From the IMG/VR virus record IMGVR_UViG_3300033153_006744, positions 26,495 through 90,494 of that record: a stretch of 64,000 nucleotides of DNA, one strand, 5' to 3'. The translations under genes were made by a program, and so were the position numbers. How positions within the stretch are numbered: position 1 is the stretch's first letter; each line of letters starts with the position of its first letter. Source of the stretch: a virus. A model generated the notes under the pieces. It was not told where the DNA came from, made no database searches, and saw nothing but the letters and a program-made list of their open reading frames with translations. Of this stretch, positions 1 to 10,772 are shown piece after piece.

Positions 1-877
1 CTGCTAAAGCTCTAGCATAAGAAGAATCGGATAAGTCGATAACCTTACCTACTATTCTATATTTATTTATTTTTATTATTTTATTATCTTCTACTGGTTT
101 CATGTCCATAAATGGATCTGATAATCCTGTTAATTCGCCATCTCTATATGCCTTAAAACTAGATATTATAGAGTCAGCAAAATATGTTTGATTTGCAGTT
201 ATTTGTATTTCTTTTAAGTTTAATTGCTTTTCACCACTTCCCGATATGGTTGTAGATACATAAGCCCTTAAGAAATAATACATTTCTGCAACGTCAAAAA
301 ATTGACTTAAAAAAACATCGGTATATATAAAGTCTGCACCATCAAAAATCGAATATACATTTAGCGTAAAATCATATGTAACTCCGCTAAAGCTATCATA
401 AGAGGTTACGATGGTTCCATTTGCATAATGCTCATAAGCCCTATATTGATTAACTAAACTTGTATCAGAAAACTTTCCTAGCTGTGAATTGATCCTATCG
501 TCAAAATTTTGCTTATATGCAAAACAAAAGCCTCCACAAGCAACATAGTCACCCAGTGTATCTACATATCTAACTCCAGAATATACAAGGGTTTCAAGAC
601 CCGTTATAGTTGTTGTAGATGAAATTTGACCACGAAACTCTAACTTAGTAGCTTTTAAATAAGCATCTTCCTTGCTGTAATCTGAGCCATCATTTGTGCT
701 GTATACTTCTATTCCATCTTCACCGTTTAAAACAGTTGAATCAAAGTCTAAAACGCCAAAAAAACGGCTAAAGTTATCTTTGTTTATGGTTAGGATATAG
801 TTGTCATTGAACTTTGATTTAATATATAAATCTTCAAAATCATCAATCCAAAATTCTAAAGTTGCACCAGTTAGCAT
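1..877 (-). CDS. Putative baseplate/tail structural protein, 3' end runs off the window
   Basis: Not in the ORF track. Manual translation from ATG at 877 (MLTGATLEFWIDD...) stays open to position 1, directly downstream of the baseplate J gene. Confidence 0.7.
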   Translation of the reverse strand, partial: MLTGATLEFWIDDFEDLYIKSKFNDNYILTINKDNFSRFFGVLDFDSTVLNGEDGIEVYSTNDGSDYSKEDAYLKATKLEFRGQISSTTTITGLETLVYSGVRYVDTLGDYVACGGFCFAYKQNFDDRINSQLGKFSDTSLVNQYRAYEHYANGTIVTSYDSFSGVTYDFTLNVYSIFDGADFIYTDVFLSQFFDVAEMYYFLRAYVSTTISGSGEKQLNLKEIQITANQTYFADSIISSFKAYRDGELTGLSDPFMDMKPVEDNKIIKINKYRIVGKVIDLSDSSYARALA

Positions 878-885
878 TGTTACAC

Positions 886-2400
886 CTATCTATTATATTC
901 ATAATCTGTTCCAGTATCTCCATCAACTATCTTCAACCTTTTAAAATAAGGAAAATCTTTTAATTCAATTGCAACATCACTATGTGACCCATTTACGAAA
1001 AAACCACTTGGCTGCATATCTACTTTTTGCACATATTCAGAGTCTCTTACTATATCAAAAATTGTTGACAATGGTATTTCAGACTTTTTACTTATACTTT
1101 GATCTTTAAAATAAAAGCCAAAATCTATTCTAGTATTTTTTTCTCCATTGCTTAATAACGGATCAAAATATTCAACTAAGTCATCATAAACTTTGTTAGC
1201 TTTTTGCGTTGCAGTCATTCCGGCAATATCTTTAAAATACAGCATAACATCTATTTCTATTGTTTTATATGTTGCACTTACAACAGAAAGACCAAAACCT
1301 ATAGACGTTTTAACTGTATCAAATTCTGTTTCAACTTGATTTAATAACACGTCGCTTGCTATTCCGCCGCCAACTGGAACTATAAATAATGACCCCCTGT
1401 TTTCACCTGCTTCAGTAATAGAGTCAGCTGACAACATTAAGGCTCTTGCAACACCACCTATACTATATGCAATGCTCTCAAACTCACTTCTAGCTGTAGC
1501 ACTTTGCTTTGTTGTTCCAGTATTTATAGATGCAAGTCTAATTTCATTAACTGTTTCATATAGCCTGCTATGTGTAGACTCTGTATTGCTATTTATTGTA
1601 ACGGTAACAGGATTTCCAAGTGTATCCTGAAAAGAACCTTCTATTTTTTTTAAAGAATTTTCTTCTATATATCCGTCATCTAATGCTGTATATTTATAGT
1701 CAACAACAACATTTCCATTTGCTCTTTTAGCTCGTGTTCCATTTCCGAAAATTAAAATAGCCCTTTGTTCATCATCTATGTTAATTAAAAAGTGTTCATC
1801 TGAAGCACTAGATTCAGAAAAATTATCTACTCTTGTAAAAGTATTGCCATCTACTGTAACTAAAATTATTTCTAAAAAAGGCTTTCTTAATAAAATAAAG
1901 TTTTCCCATATTCTACCATACGCAGTAAACGTATCTTGAGTTATAACAGAATATTCGCAATCAACACTTATTGTTGGGGTTAAGCTGTCAAACATTATAT
2001 CATTAGCTGTTTGAAAAGATTTAGAATTCTTTGTAAGGGTTTTTAAAACAGTCCCTTTTTCAACAGTTAATATTTCTGCAGGGACAATAGTTGCATTTAA
2101 AGAAACCGAGCAAGTTGCAGCATAAGGCAATCTTTCTGTATATCCATTAAAGTTGGCTATATTTTTAATTCCTCTTCTTGTTTTTGCTCTTATACTAGAT
2201 TCTTGATATGCCTTTTCTATATAAAAATTTAGCCCATCTTTTGCCATTGCCTGGCTATCAAGTATAAAATTACCAATATTAACCGTAGAATCATCTGTCC
2301 ATTCTGGAAACACGGTTGATTTTATGCTTCTTAGATATTCTCTATTGCCCTCTAAATCTTTTACAAGATAATTAGCTTGTTGATCTATAATTCCACTCAT
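886..2400 (-). CDS. Baseplate wedge protein (baseplate J / T4 gp6-like)
   Basis: FPEWTD..N.GN N-terminus, 'LIFGNGTRAKR', 'ATARSEFESIAYSIGGVARA' motifs typical of gp6/J wedges; position in the baseplate cluster. Confidence 0.85.
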   Translation of the reverse strand: MSGIIDQQANYLVKDLEGNREYLRSIKSTVFPEWTDDSTVNIGNFILDSQAMAKDGLNFYIEKAYQESSIRAKTRRGIKNIANFNGYTERLPYAATCSVSLNATIVPAEILTVEKGTVLKTLTKNSKSFQTANDIMFDSLTPTISVDCEYSVITQDTFTAYGRIWENFILLRKPFLEIILVTVDGNTFTRVDNFSESSASDEHFLINIDDEQRAILIFGNGTRAKRANGNVVVDYKYTALDDGYIEENSLKKIEGSFQDTLGNPVTVTINSNTESTHSRLYETVNEIRLASINTGTTKQSATARSEFESIAYSIGGVARALMLSADSITEAGENRGSLFIVPVGGGIASDVLLNQVETEFDTVKTSIGFGLSVVSATYKTIEIDVMLYFKDIAGMTATQKANKVYDDLVEYFDPLLSNGEKNTRIDFGFYFKDQSISKKSEIPLSTIFDIVRDSEYVQKVDMQPSGFFVNGSHSDVAIELKDFPYFKRLKIVDGDTGTDYEYNR

Positions 2401-2767
2401 AACTTATACTCTCTCTTTTATAATTATCATCTATTTTTGTTTCATAATCAAAGTTTATATCTTTACCATATTGAATATCTGTCACCTGTAATTCTCCAAC
2501 ATCTATAGTATCCCATACAAAATTAATTGACTTTTGTAACAAATAACGCATTTCCTGTATGTCAACGCTTTCCATTTTTTGGTGTCTATATAAATCCATT
2601 CCAGTTCCAATTCTACCATCCCATAGACATTCACCAACAACAGAGCCACTGCCCCCAACCATATCTATTAAAGATACAATATTATTTCCAATATTATCTT
2701 CTTCTTCAAGTGTGGCGATATTGTCGTAACCATAACTAAGGGGATATAAAACTGACAATTTTCTCAT
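2372..2767 (-). CDS. Baseplate wedge / sheath initiator (gp25/W-like)
   Basis: 131 aa, 'GECLWDGRIGTGM' resembles the GE....FG..L gp25 motif; immediately upstream of baseplate J. Confidence 0.65.
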   Translation of the reverse strand: MRKLSVLYPLSYGYDNIATLEEEDNIGNNIVSLIDMVGGSGSVVGECLWDGRIGTGMDLYRHQKMESVDIQEMRYLLQKSINFVWDTIDVGELQVTDIQYGKDINFDYETKIDDNYKRESISYEWNYRSTS

Positions 2768-3408
2768 CCTGGAATACCTGCTATAAATGCCTTTAATTCT
2801 GTTATGATTTTATCAATATCTGTTAAATCAGATAAATCTATAGTTCCACTTAATCCAAAATCACTTAAATCAATTCCAATTATATCTGCTAAATCATTTA
2901 AAGTTTGTATTATGTTATTTATAACTCCAAGATTATCTAAATAAAAATTCATAGTATCATCTGGAATTGATTTTAAACATTCTTGTTGCTCTTCATCTAA
3001 GTACTCTAGGCCTAAGTTATCTGTCTCTATATTCCATGTTACAAGGGTTTCTAAGTCATTTATTATTTGAGTTAACACAGCCTTTAATAATCCAACTACA
3101 GAAATAATTAAATTTGGAATAGCAAAAACAGGGATAAAGCCAGAAAGTTTAGCTAAAGCTTTAGCAAACTCAATAACCGCATCTAAGAAGTCTACTGGAT
3201 CTGTAATGATTGAAGGAACAGCATCTAAAACGGCCTTTAGTTTAGCAAAAACATCTATAATTAAAAAAAGGGGTTTAAATGGCATTAAGATTGGTTCAAC
3301 TAATTGCAAAACATTGGGAACAGATCCTTGTAACTTTACAGATAATCCAGCTGGCAACTGTAAATCATAGTCAATTTGTTGTGTGTTTATTTTATTGCAA
3401 CTCATCAA
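2764..3408 (-). CDS. Hypothetical helical protein in the baseplate cluster
   Basis: ORF with overlapping start/stop coupling; amphipathic, hydrophobic helices. Confidence 0.6.
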   Translation of the reverse strand: MMSCNKINTQQIDYDLQLPAGLSVKLQGSVPNVLQLVEPILMPFKPLFLIIDVFAKLKAVLDAVPSIITDPVDFLDAVIEFAKALAKLSGFIPVFAIPNLIISVVGLLKAVLTQIINDLETLVTWNIETDNLGLEYLDEEQQECLKSIPDDTMNFYLDNLGVINNIIQTLNDLADIIGIDLSDFGLSGTIDLSDLTDIDKIITELKAFIAGIPG

Positions 3409-4156
3409 CGCCTCGCATAATTTTAGTAAAATTAGCAGTCTTGCTTTTTTTAGCTAACCTCTTTATGAAACTATCCTCTTTTTCATCTTCACTCATAGTA
3501 ACAGCATCACAAAATACTTCTTCATTTTTTATCAAAGACCATTCTTCATAGAAGTCTGGAATCCTTGACAAAAAGTCTTCAAAAAAAAACAAACACAATG
3601 TAAACAGTCTTTCTTGTTTGTCATTTCTTTTGTCAAAAATTATATCTTCAATCCTTTGCATAAAAAATATAGACATCTTTTGATGTGAATCATAAAAATA
3701 ATTTATAAACTCTTTACCTAAAATATCCTCTCCTTTCAGCCTTGTTGTTTCTATGCTAGTTAAGGCACTATTTAATATAGTGTCTATTGCTTTTATGTCT
3801 GTATGGTTTTCTTTTCTTAGTAATCGTTGGCTAAAATTCATAAAATTGAATGCCTTTTGTCTTGCAAAATCCTTTAGCTTTTCATTTTCTAAATCATATT
3901 CATTTAGCATATTATTTAATCTATCTGCAAACTTTTTTTCAAATCTAATTAAAGCTTCTTCTTTGGCTTCAACCCTATTTATGTAATTAAATATTTTATT
4001 ATGTTCTTTTTTATTGTCATCATTTAATGTTAAAATGTCTTTGTTTATTTTGTCTAAAGTTTTATTAATTTTTTTAAAAGGTCTAAGGTTCTTTAAAGCA
4101 ATACTAATTATAGTTACAACAATACTTATCACGCTTAATAAAATCTTATCTTTCAT
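3392..4156 (-). CDS. Hypothetical protein with N-terminal membrane anchor and coiled coil
   Basis: ILLSVISIVVTIISIAL TM segment followed by a charged coiled coil. Confidence 0.6.
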   Translation of the reverse strand: MKDKILLSVISIVVTIISIALKNLRPFKKINKTLDKINKDILTLNDDNKKEHNKIFNYINRVEAKEEALIRFEKKFADRLNNMLNEYDLENEKLKDFARQKAFNFMNFSQRLLRKENHTDIKAIDTILNSALTSIETTRLKGEDILGKEFINYFYDSHQKMSIFFMQRIEDIIFDKRNDKQERLFTLCLFFFEDFLSRIPDFYEEWSLIKNEEVFCDAVTMSEDEKEDSFIKRLAKKSKTANFTKIMRGVDELQ

Positions 4157-4167
4157 TTTAATTCCTA

Positions 4168-4659
4168 TTATTCGATTGGTTTACCATTTGGAACAACGGG
4201 TCTGCCAGCTATTCTAACAACCGTTCCATCTATGTTTACAATGTCACCATCTAATTGCAATAGTTTTCCCTTGACGTTTATGACGCCATTAAGGTTAACT
4301 TCTATAACTATATCACTATTTTTAACTAAAATACTAGTCTTTTCTTGTGTTTCTGTCTCATCTATTAAAATTTTAAAGTTTTTACTTTCTAATCCACCCT
4401 TTTTATTGCTGCCATCTAAGATATATTTATCTTCAGAAACATTGATGCTTTGATAAACCGGTCTATTTATATCGCCCATTAAAAACTGAACAGCAACAGT
4501 ATCATCTAACACTGGAATGTAGGCACTAGAACCAAGTGGCGTTGCAAGACCTGTAGGATTGGCAACATTAGGAATTGATATTTTAACTCTTCTTGATGTT
4601 GAATTCTCTTCTATTTCAACAATCTTTCCAAAAAATAAACCATGATGTATTCTTTCCAT
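4168..4659 (-). CDS. Baseplate spike (gpV/gp5 OB-fold)
   Basis: 'RRVKISIP', 'IPVLDDTVAVQFLMGDINRPVY' is the Gp5/VgrG OB-fold signature; short beta-repeat C-terminus. Confidence 0.85.
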   Translation of the reverse strand: MERIHHGLFFGKIVEIEENSTSRRVKISIPNVANPTGLATPLGSSAYIPVLDDTVAVQFLMGDINRPVYQSINVSEDKYILDGSNKKGGLESKNFKILIDETETQEKTSILVKNSDIVIEVNLNGVINVKGKLLQLDGDIVNIDGTVVRIAGRPVVPNGKPIE

Positions 4660-5870
4660 TACAAAGTCCTTAATTTAGTTTTCCATTTACCTTCTTCAGT
4701 GTCAAAATAATTGATAATTTCAGTTTCCTTTTTCTTTTTAGTTGGTTGCTCACCTAACTTTCCATATTTCTTTTCATAATCAGGCGGCAACGCAGGTGTT
4801 TGATCTGTAAAAGTTTGAACATAACCATCGGTTTTTTTAGAAACTTTTTTTCTCTTAACCCTTTTTGGTGCTTGCTTTTGTAGTGTTATTTCAGTTAAAT
4901 AAGCTCCACTAATAACATGTTTAGCGTTTGTTAACTTATATAGCCCACTTAAAAAATCACCTATACCCCATATTCCCATATCTAAATTTCCAATAAGTGA
5001 GGCATTGCCTTTGACCGTGTATTTTAATTTTAAATTATTCATTGCACTGTCAATATACTTTGTTTCCATTAAATTTAAAGCTTCTTGTTCATTGTTAGCT
5101 GTTATATAGTCGGTATTTTCTTCAAACGTCTCACCACCCACTCCTTCGGCTCCATAAGTATATTGCTTTTCATTTGTAATAGTTTCTCCAACATCTTGAG
5201 GTACTTCTAGTTGATAGGTTTTATGATTTTTCATTAGATTAAATTCTAATCCTGTTTGCTTAAGTAGTTGATAATCTAAATCTTTGCTACCCTTAATGAA
5301 ATCAATTCTCCTGGCTTTCAGTTCTTGTCTATCTACAAAATGAAACCCTGCTGCATCTATCCAAAATTTACATCTTGTTTTTCTAGCTAATTGTTTTAAA
5401 AATATAGCATCAGTTGTATTTTGCACAATGCTTGTATATTCTATGTCTCTAGTCACATTAACATCTAAGTTTTGAAATGAATTTGCATAAGAAGTATCAT
5501 ACCCATGCTTTACTGCAATTGTCTCAACAATACCTTGCACTAATATATTTTCCCACGTTTCAAAAACTTTTTCCTTATTTAATAGATATGATTTTTCCGT
5601 AAACGTTAAAGTTAAGTTTTCACCCTGCTTGGCGTTTATTAAAATTAACCTTAATTCGTTACTTATAAAATCTTTTGTACCAAATTGTATTATATATTCA
5701 GTTTCCTTGTCAAACATTTCAGGGAACTCTAATAAAACATTATTGTAATTATGTAGAACTAAAGTTGCCTTGTTTGCTTTTTTTGCATCAAATTCAAACG
5801 TAAATGATTTAACATATTTATTTAAACCCAAACCAGCGTTATCTTTTATTTGAACTTTAACGAAAGGCAT
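4659..5870 (-). CDS. Baseplate hub (gpD/gp27-like)
   Basis: 'IVQNTTDAIFLKQLARK', 'GIGDFLSGLYKLTNAKHVISGAYLTEITL' are typical late-control D/hub motifs; lies between the LysM-like and spike genes. Confidence 0.8.
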   Translation of the reverse strand: MPFVKVQIKDNAGLGLNKYVKSFTFEFDAKKANKATLVLHNYNNVLLEFPEMFDKETEYIIQFGTKDFISNELRLILINAKQGENLTLTFTEKSYLLNKEKVFETWENILVQGIVETIAVKHGYDTSYANSFQNLDVNVTRDIEYTSIVQNTTDAIFLKQLARKTRCKFWIDAAGFHFVDRQELKARRIDFIKGSKDLDYQLLKQTGLEFNLMKNHKTYQLEVPQDVGETITNEKQYTYGAEGVGGETFEENTDYITANNEQEALNLMETKYIDSAMNNLKLKYTVKGNASLIGNLDMGIWGIGDFLSGLYKLTNAKHVISGAYLTEITLQKQAPKRVKRKKVSKKTDGYVQTFTDQTPALPPDYEKKYGKLGEQPTKKKKETEIINYFDTEEGKWKTKLRTL

Positions 5871-6208
5871 TACACAACTCCAAACAAATCGTTGTATCTA
5901 TCTAAAGTTTTTATTTTTTCCACATTAGGCAAACTCAAAACTTGCCCTGGCTTTAATGGCACAAAAGGATCTATTATATTATTTAACTCAGCAACGGCCC
6001 ACCACAATTGATTAGCGTTGAATTCTTCAGTGTAATATATATATCCTGTTATTCTAAATATGTTATTGTTTGTTCTAACTGTATATTTTAAATAATCTTC
6101 TGTCGTATAGTTTGTTTCATTTATAAAGTTAAAATATTCGTTATTATCTGAATCAATATTTATGTCTCTATATCTGTACCTAGACCAATCATTTATATAT
6201 AATTCCAT
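5870..6208 (-). CDS. LysM-like baseplate/tail protein X (gp53-like)
   Basis: 'LWWAVAELNNIIDPFVPLKPGQVLSLP' signature. Confidence 0.8.
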   Translation of the reverse strand: MELYINDWSRYRYRDINIDSDNNEYFNFINETNYTTEDYLKYTVRTNNNIFRITGYIYYTEEFNANQLWWAVAELNNIIDPFVPLKPGQVLSLPNVEKIKTLDRYNDLFGVV

Positions 6209-6216
6209 ATTTACCT

Positions 6217-6729
6217 CTATAAAACGGGAGAATTAAATCCATATTTCCTAACTCGTTCATAAGTTCTTATTTTTTCTGGCGTTATCTCTTCAAATGTAAC
6301 ATTTATAAAAGCAAAAGTAGCCAGCCCAGTTTCATCAAATTTTTCCATTGTTGAAGAAACATTTGTTATATAATATTCTCCAGCTATCATTTCTGGCCAT
6401 ATTAACAAATGAGGAGTTAAGCTAATGTTATTATAAACGTTTTCCTCGGGTGCGTATGTTGCAGCATAAAAAAAGTTAAGCCAGTTTTTCATTTCCCTAA
6501 CATCGTTTTGATTAACAGATCTTAGATATGCTCTTGATATAAAGAACTGTAACGTAAAAGGCTTTGTTTCTGTATGCTTGTAATTTAATATAACATTAGA
6601 GCTTGCAAGGCTATTGTTCTTTTCTAAGGCGGCCTGACTATTTAGCTCTAACATGCTAGGGTTCATTAAGGCTATCCTAGATTCATCTGTGTAAGTGTTT
6701 CTTATTTTAACTTTATATGTTTCTGCCAT
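6217..6729 (-). CDS. Tail tube initiator (gpU/CIS tube-like)
   Basis: 'MNPSML', 'YITNVSSTMEKFDETG...AFINVTFEE' motifs; position after the tape measure. Confidence 0.7.
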   Translation of the reverse strand: MAETYKVKIRNTYTDESRIALMNPSMLELNSQAALEKNNSLASSNVILNYKHTETKPFTLQFFISRAYLRSVNQNDVREMKNWLNFFYAATYAPEENVYNNISLTPHLLIWPEMIAGEYYITNVSSTMEKFDETGLATFAFINVTFEEITPEKIRTYERVRKYGFNSPVL

Positions 6730-9395
6730 TAAAAAGCCCCTGTTTCAACAAAATTTCTTCTATTAGATTCTTCAGCCCCTATGGAAACACCCTCTGCCAT
6801 AGCTTCTAAGTTTCCTTCTAACACTACTTTTATATCTTTTTGCTGTGATAAAGCTGCGAATATTTTTGACAACAAGACAGTTTGCCTCTCTGCAGTTTGT
6901 TGCTTTTGCTTTTCTTGTCCAGCTCCAGTGATTGGTGCTACAGCAAGAGCATCAGTTTTATCCATAGCCGAAATAATTGAATCTGGTTGCCCATCTTCTA
7001 ATGCTGACTTATATAGCATTCCCTTAAAGTCTTCTCTCGCTTTTTCTAAAGCTCCATCATCACTAGGTTTAAACTCAAAATCAGGCATTACTCTTTCGCT
7101 TGGCTTTAGCGTTGACTCTATATGACTAATTGTCTCAATTTTAAGGGCATCTATACCTAATTTATCTGCTATTGTATTAGCTTTTCTAATTAAGAAATTT
7201 ATACCATCAACTATTTTATTGATAATTCCTGAAAATATTAAACCAACTCCATAGGCAACGTCTTCAAAAAGAGCCATAAATGCTTGCTTTATCACATTTC
7301 CAATCCATTTTATTCTTTGCCATATATAATCAAATGTTCTAACTAAAGCTCCCCCGAGAAAAACCATAGTAATGCCAATCACTTCTTTAAAGTTTTCAAT
7401 AGTATATCTTAAAAACCTGAAAATACCAGCAACTCCTTTTGCTACAAATCCAAGTCCCTTAATTATCCAGCCAAAGTATAGGCCTACAGAAAAATATATA
7501 AACTCAAAGAATATACTAAAATGATTTTTTAGAAAATTAACTCCCTTAAGTATGCCATCAAAAATAAATCCAACTACATTACCGAGCCATTGAAACACAG
7601 TTGAATTAACTATAAGATCAAAAACATCTCCTATCAACCCAAACATTTCACTAAAGGCGTCACCAATATTTTTAGCACCATCTAAAAATCCTGATTGTTC
7701 TAATGCTCCAGCCATAGCCTTAAACATTCTTTTATAGAAATTAAATACAGACATAAATCCTTGCTTTATTTTCTTAACAACAACTATAACTACATCAAGA
7801 ACCTTTCCAAGAAAATCAATGGTTGCAATAACAGCTTTTTTCATAAAAGCAAAAGCTCTAACTATTCCAACATAGAAAGCTAATATAGTATTAAATGTTT
7901 TTGGATCAAACATTTGCTTAAATTCATTCATTGTACTTTGTCTAATTCCACCAAATCTTATAGTTTCATATAGCATTCTAAACAACGCAATAACGGGTTG
8001 CAGTTTATTTTGCAATATTTCCAAAGCATTCGATAAGCCACCAGCATTGTGTACAAATATAGCAAAAGCAATGCCTATTCCAGCTACAATTAAACCTAAT
8101 GGGCTAAACAACAACCCTATTTTAGTCAAAGGACTTATAAGTAAGAACATTGAGCCTTTTAATGCTCCAAGTAATCCAGATATAAGCATCAAAGATCCTG
8201 ACAAAATGCTAAGTCCGCCAAACATAGAGCTTATAATTAATATAGCTTTTTTTTGTGTATCACTTAAATTTTGAAAAGAACTTATTAAAGATTTTGCTCT
8301 TTCTGTTATTTTTATTATTGTTGGCAGTAATAATTTACCCAACCCTATAAGCAAGTCATTAAAGTTAGCTTTTAATATTTTTGTTTGTGCTGACATTGTT
8401 TTAGCCATTGTTTTATATGCTGCATTCGTTGCCCCAGCTTTTTCACCCATAGCCTCTAAAACACCATTAGCTGTTTTTCCATCATTTTTAATTAAAGCTA
8501 ATACAGCATTTAAGCCTCTTGCACTAAAAGCTTGCTGAAACTCTCTTTCAGGCATAACTTTTTTTAAATTTATCAAATAAGGAACCAATCCACCAGCTTG
8601 CAATATTCCTTTTTTACCCATCTCCATTCCAGACTTTCTTAAAGCCTTTGTCATGGCTGTAGAGGGTTTTATTAAGTTTTGCATTGCAGCATTTAAACCA
8701 GAAACCATCATGTTTGTCTGTAATCCTGACTTTGTACCTGTTGCTATAGATGCCAATAACTCATTATAACCTATTCCTAGGTTTTTAGCTGTAGATGCAA
8801 CCCTACCAACGTCATGTGACAATTCACTAATAGTTGTTTTACCCTCACGCATTGCAACGAAAAAAGCATCAGAAACATTAGTTGATTCTTCTACACTTAA
8901 GTCATAAGCATTTAAAACAGACGTCATGCCATCTACAGCAGTTGCAACATCTGTTACTCCACCAATAGCCATTTTATTAGCTTGAGTCATTAAGACCATT
9001 GCATTCGAAGCATCAACGGCGCCAGATGAAATTGCATCATAAAAACCTTTTGTAACGTTGGTCATGTCTCCGCCGTAAGTTGTTGCTAAAGCCCTTACTT
9101 CTGTTCCCAGATTTGATGTTGCAATCTGTTCAGCATTTAACAGTGTGTTTATTTCAGCTAATCCTTTTTCGTACGTAGAAAATGCACTTATACTTTTTTT
9201 AATACCCTGCATTTGAGCTAATCCAGCCGAAATTTGAGATATTCCCATTCCAACTTTCATGAAACTATTTTGTATGTTTTGCATATTTTGAACGGATTTC
9301 ACCTTCAGACTGGCAATACTTCTGTTAACTCTGTTTGCCACATTAGAAACATTATCTCGACCTTCAAAACTAAACCCTAATCCATATTTTAGCAT
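6729..9395 (-). CDS. Tail tape measure protein (TP901-like core)
   Basis: 'SDAFFVAMREGKTTISELS', Ala/Gly-rich helical repeats, hydrophobic central region. Start refined to ATG 9395 (MLKYGLG), preceded by an AGGGG RBS. Confidence 0.92.
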   Translation of the reverse strand: MLKYGLGFSFEGRDNVSNVANRVNRSIASLKVKSVQNMQNIQNSFMKVGMGISQISAGLAQMQGIKKSISAFSTYEKGLAEINTLLNAEQIATSNLGTEVRALATTYGGDMTNVTKGFYDAISSGAVDASNAMVLMTQANKMAIGGVTDVATAVDGMTSVLNAYDLSVEESTNVSDAFFVAMREGKTTISELSHDVGRVASTAKNLGIGYNELLASIATGTKSGLQTNMMVSGLNAAMQNLIKPSTAMTKALRKSGMEMGKKGILQAGGLVPYLINLKKVMPEREFQQAFSARGLNAVLALIKNDGKTANGVLEAMGEKAGATNAAYKTMAKTMSAQTKILKANFNDLLIGLGKLLLPTIIKITERAKSLISSFQNLSDTQKKAILIISSMFGGLSILSGSLMLISGLLGALKGSMFLLISPLTKIGLLFSPLGLIVAGIGIAFAIFVHNAGGLSNALEILQNKLQPVIALFRMLYETIRFGGIRQSTMNEFKQMFDPKTFNTILAFYVGIVRAFAFMKKAVIATIDFLGKVLDVVIVVVKKIKQGFMSVFNFYKRMFKAMAGALEQSGFLDGAKNIGDAFSEMFGLIGDVFDLIVNSTVFQWLGNVVGFIFDGILKGVNFLKNHFSIFFEFIYFSVGLYFGWIIKGLGFVAKGVAGIFRFLRYTIENFKEVIGITMVFLGGALVRTFDYIWQRIKWIGNVIKQAFMALFEDVAYGVGLIFSGIINKIVDGINFLIRKANTIADKLGIDALKIETISHIESTLKPSERVMPDFEFKPSDDGALEKAREDFKGMLYKSALEDGQPDSIISAMDKTDALAVAPITGAGQEKQKQQTAERQTVLLSKIFAALSQQKDIKVVLEGNLEAMAEGVSIGAEESNRRNFVETGAF

Positions 9396-9426
9396 AACAA
9401 ACCCCTTTGTTTTACTACCCTTTTTT

Positions 9427-9455
9427 ATTATGCCATAGAGAATAGCAAAAAGCAA
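9427..9455 (-). promoter_or_regulatory. sigma70-type promoter, TTGCTT-17-CATAAT with TGG extension
   Basis: Exact 17-bp spacing; same TGGCAT.. box as at 22.2, 37.7 and 40.5 kb. Confidence 0.55.
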
Positions 9456-9499
9456 GTGTTATATATGTTTTATGATTTTAGATGATTGAAAATTAAATT

Positions 9500-10741
9500 C
9501 TATCTGTTTTCATCTTTGTCGCCCATAGCATTTTGAATATAAGTGAAGCCTAAGTTAAATAAAATAGCCTCTCCAGTATAAGTATCTGAAGCGTGAGCTA
9601 CATCTCTTGTAATTCTAGCCATTGTTATTGTGTTAGGAAATTGCTCTGTAGAGCCATCAATATCGGTTAATTTAGTGTAAAGCAATGTTTTTGCATCATC
9701 CTCAACTGCACTTAAAGCGGTTGACACCTCATAACCTGTTGTTGCAGTTGTTGTTGTATAAGCCTCGCCAATTGCTACCTTTAAGAACTCAACTTTCCAT
9801 ACAACATCTCCAGCGCTTGCAGTAGCTTTAGCCCAGAATGCAGTTGGTTCATAGTCTGTTTCAGGTTTCATCCCTCTTAATGCATGAACAGGGAAATAAA
9901 GAGATTTTTTATTCGTAGCATCAAAAACAGGGGCAAAAACACCATCATCGCCTGTTAGGTCGCCACCAACTAAACCAGTAGTTAACCCTGGTGTTCCAGT
10001 TAAAGCCATATCTTCACCAAACCCTAAAGTGCAGTTGTTAAGAACGCTTACGCCAGGTGTTCCGTCATCAAAATTAAATTGAGCTGTAACTTCTGTTGCT
10101 TCAGTTACACCACTAGGAAGATCTTCTGTTCCTATTCCATCATTCCATCTTTCTGTAATTTGAGCTTGAGTTAATGCGATATTATATAAAACTATTTCAT
10201 CAACTTCGCCATCAAGAAATTCTGATGTATTTAAGTCTTGCCCAACAATAACATTGCTTGAGTTTGCTCCAATATTTCCAACAACTATTGTTTGTCCCGC
10301 CAACACGCTATTGACATAAAGATTGACCACAGAATTAGCACCAATGTTAGAAATTGATACAGCAACATAGTTTCTAGCACCAACTTTAATTGAAATTGAA
10401 GAAGTTAATATTGCTCCAGATAAAACTTGAACTCTAGGGAATCCATTTAATACAGTTAAGTCAAAATAAGTTTCCCTGTGTATTAGTGGCCCTGTGTTCT
10501 TGTTAGGTCTTCCCCATATTTCAATTGAATATGTATTTGTTCCATCTAAATTTGCGTAATCTGCAACAGCTCCATATTGAGATGTTCCGTTTAAAGTCAC
10601 AGCATGGTCAGCTGGCCCAGTTTCTCCATCATAAGCAATTTGTTTCCAAATAGGAGCTTGCCCACCCATTTCTTTCATTTCACATGTGTTGATAATAACT
10701 TCTTTTAAAAAGTCATTATTTGAGTTTACGTTTAAAGTCAT
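9500..10741 (-). CDS. Virion protein with LamG/concanavalin-A-like lectin domain
   Basis: 'YSIEIWGRP', 'VNLYVNSVL', 'FLDGEVDEIVLYNIALTQAQI' LamG motifs. Confidence 0.8.
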   Translation of the reverse strand: MTLNVNSNNDFLKEVIINTCEMKEMGGQAPIWKQIAYDGETGPADHAVTLNGTSQYGAVADYANLDGTNTYSIEIWGRPNKNTGPLIHRETYFDLTVLNGFPRVQVLSGAILTSSISIKVGARNYVAVSISNIGANSVVNLYVNSVLAGQTIVVGNIGANSSNVIVGQDLNTSEFLDGEVDEIVLYNIALTQAQITERWNDGIGTEDLPSGVTEATEVTAQFNFDDGTPGVSVLNNCTLGFGEDMALTGTPGLTTGLVGGDLTGDDGVFAPVFDATNKKSLYFPVHALRGMKPETDYEPTAFWAKATASAGDVVWKVEFLKVAIGEAYTTTTATTGYEVSTALSAVEDDAKTLLYTKLTDIDGSTEQFPNTITMARITRDVAHASDTYTGEAILFNLGFTYIQNAMGDKDENR

Positions 10742-10772
10742 TCTTTCCTCCTAAATTATTGTTTAATAAATG

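Noticed and set aside
9427-9455. TGGCA boxes as sigma54 -24 elements
   Set aside because: No TTGC at the -12 position; the spacing instead fits a sigma70 extended -10.
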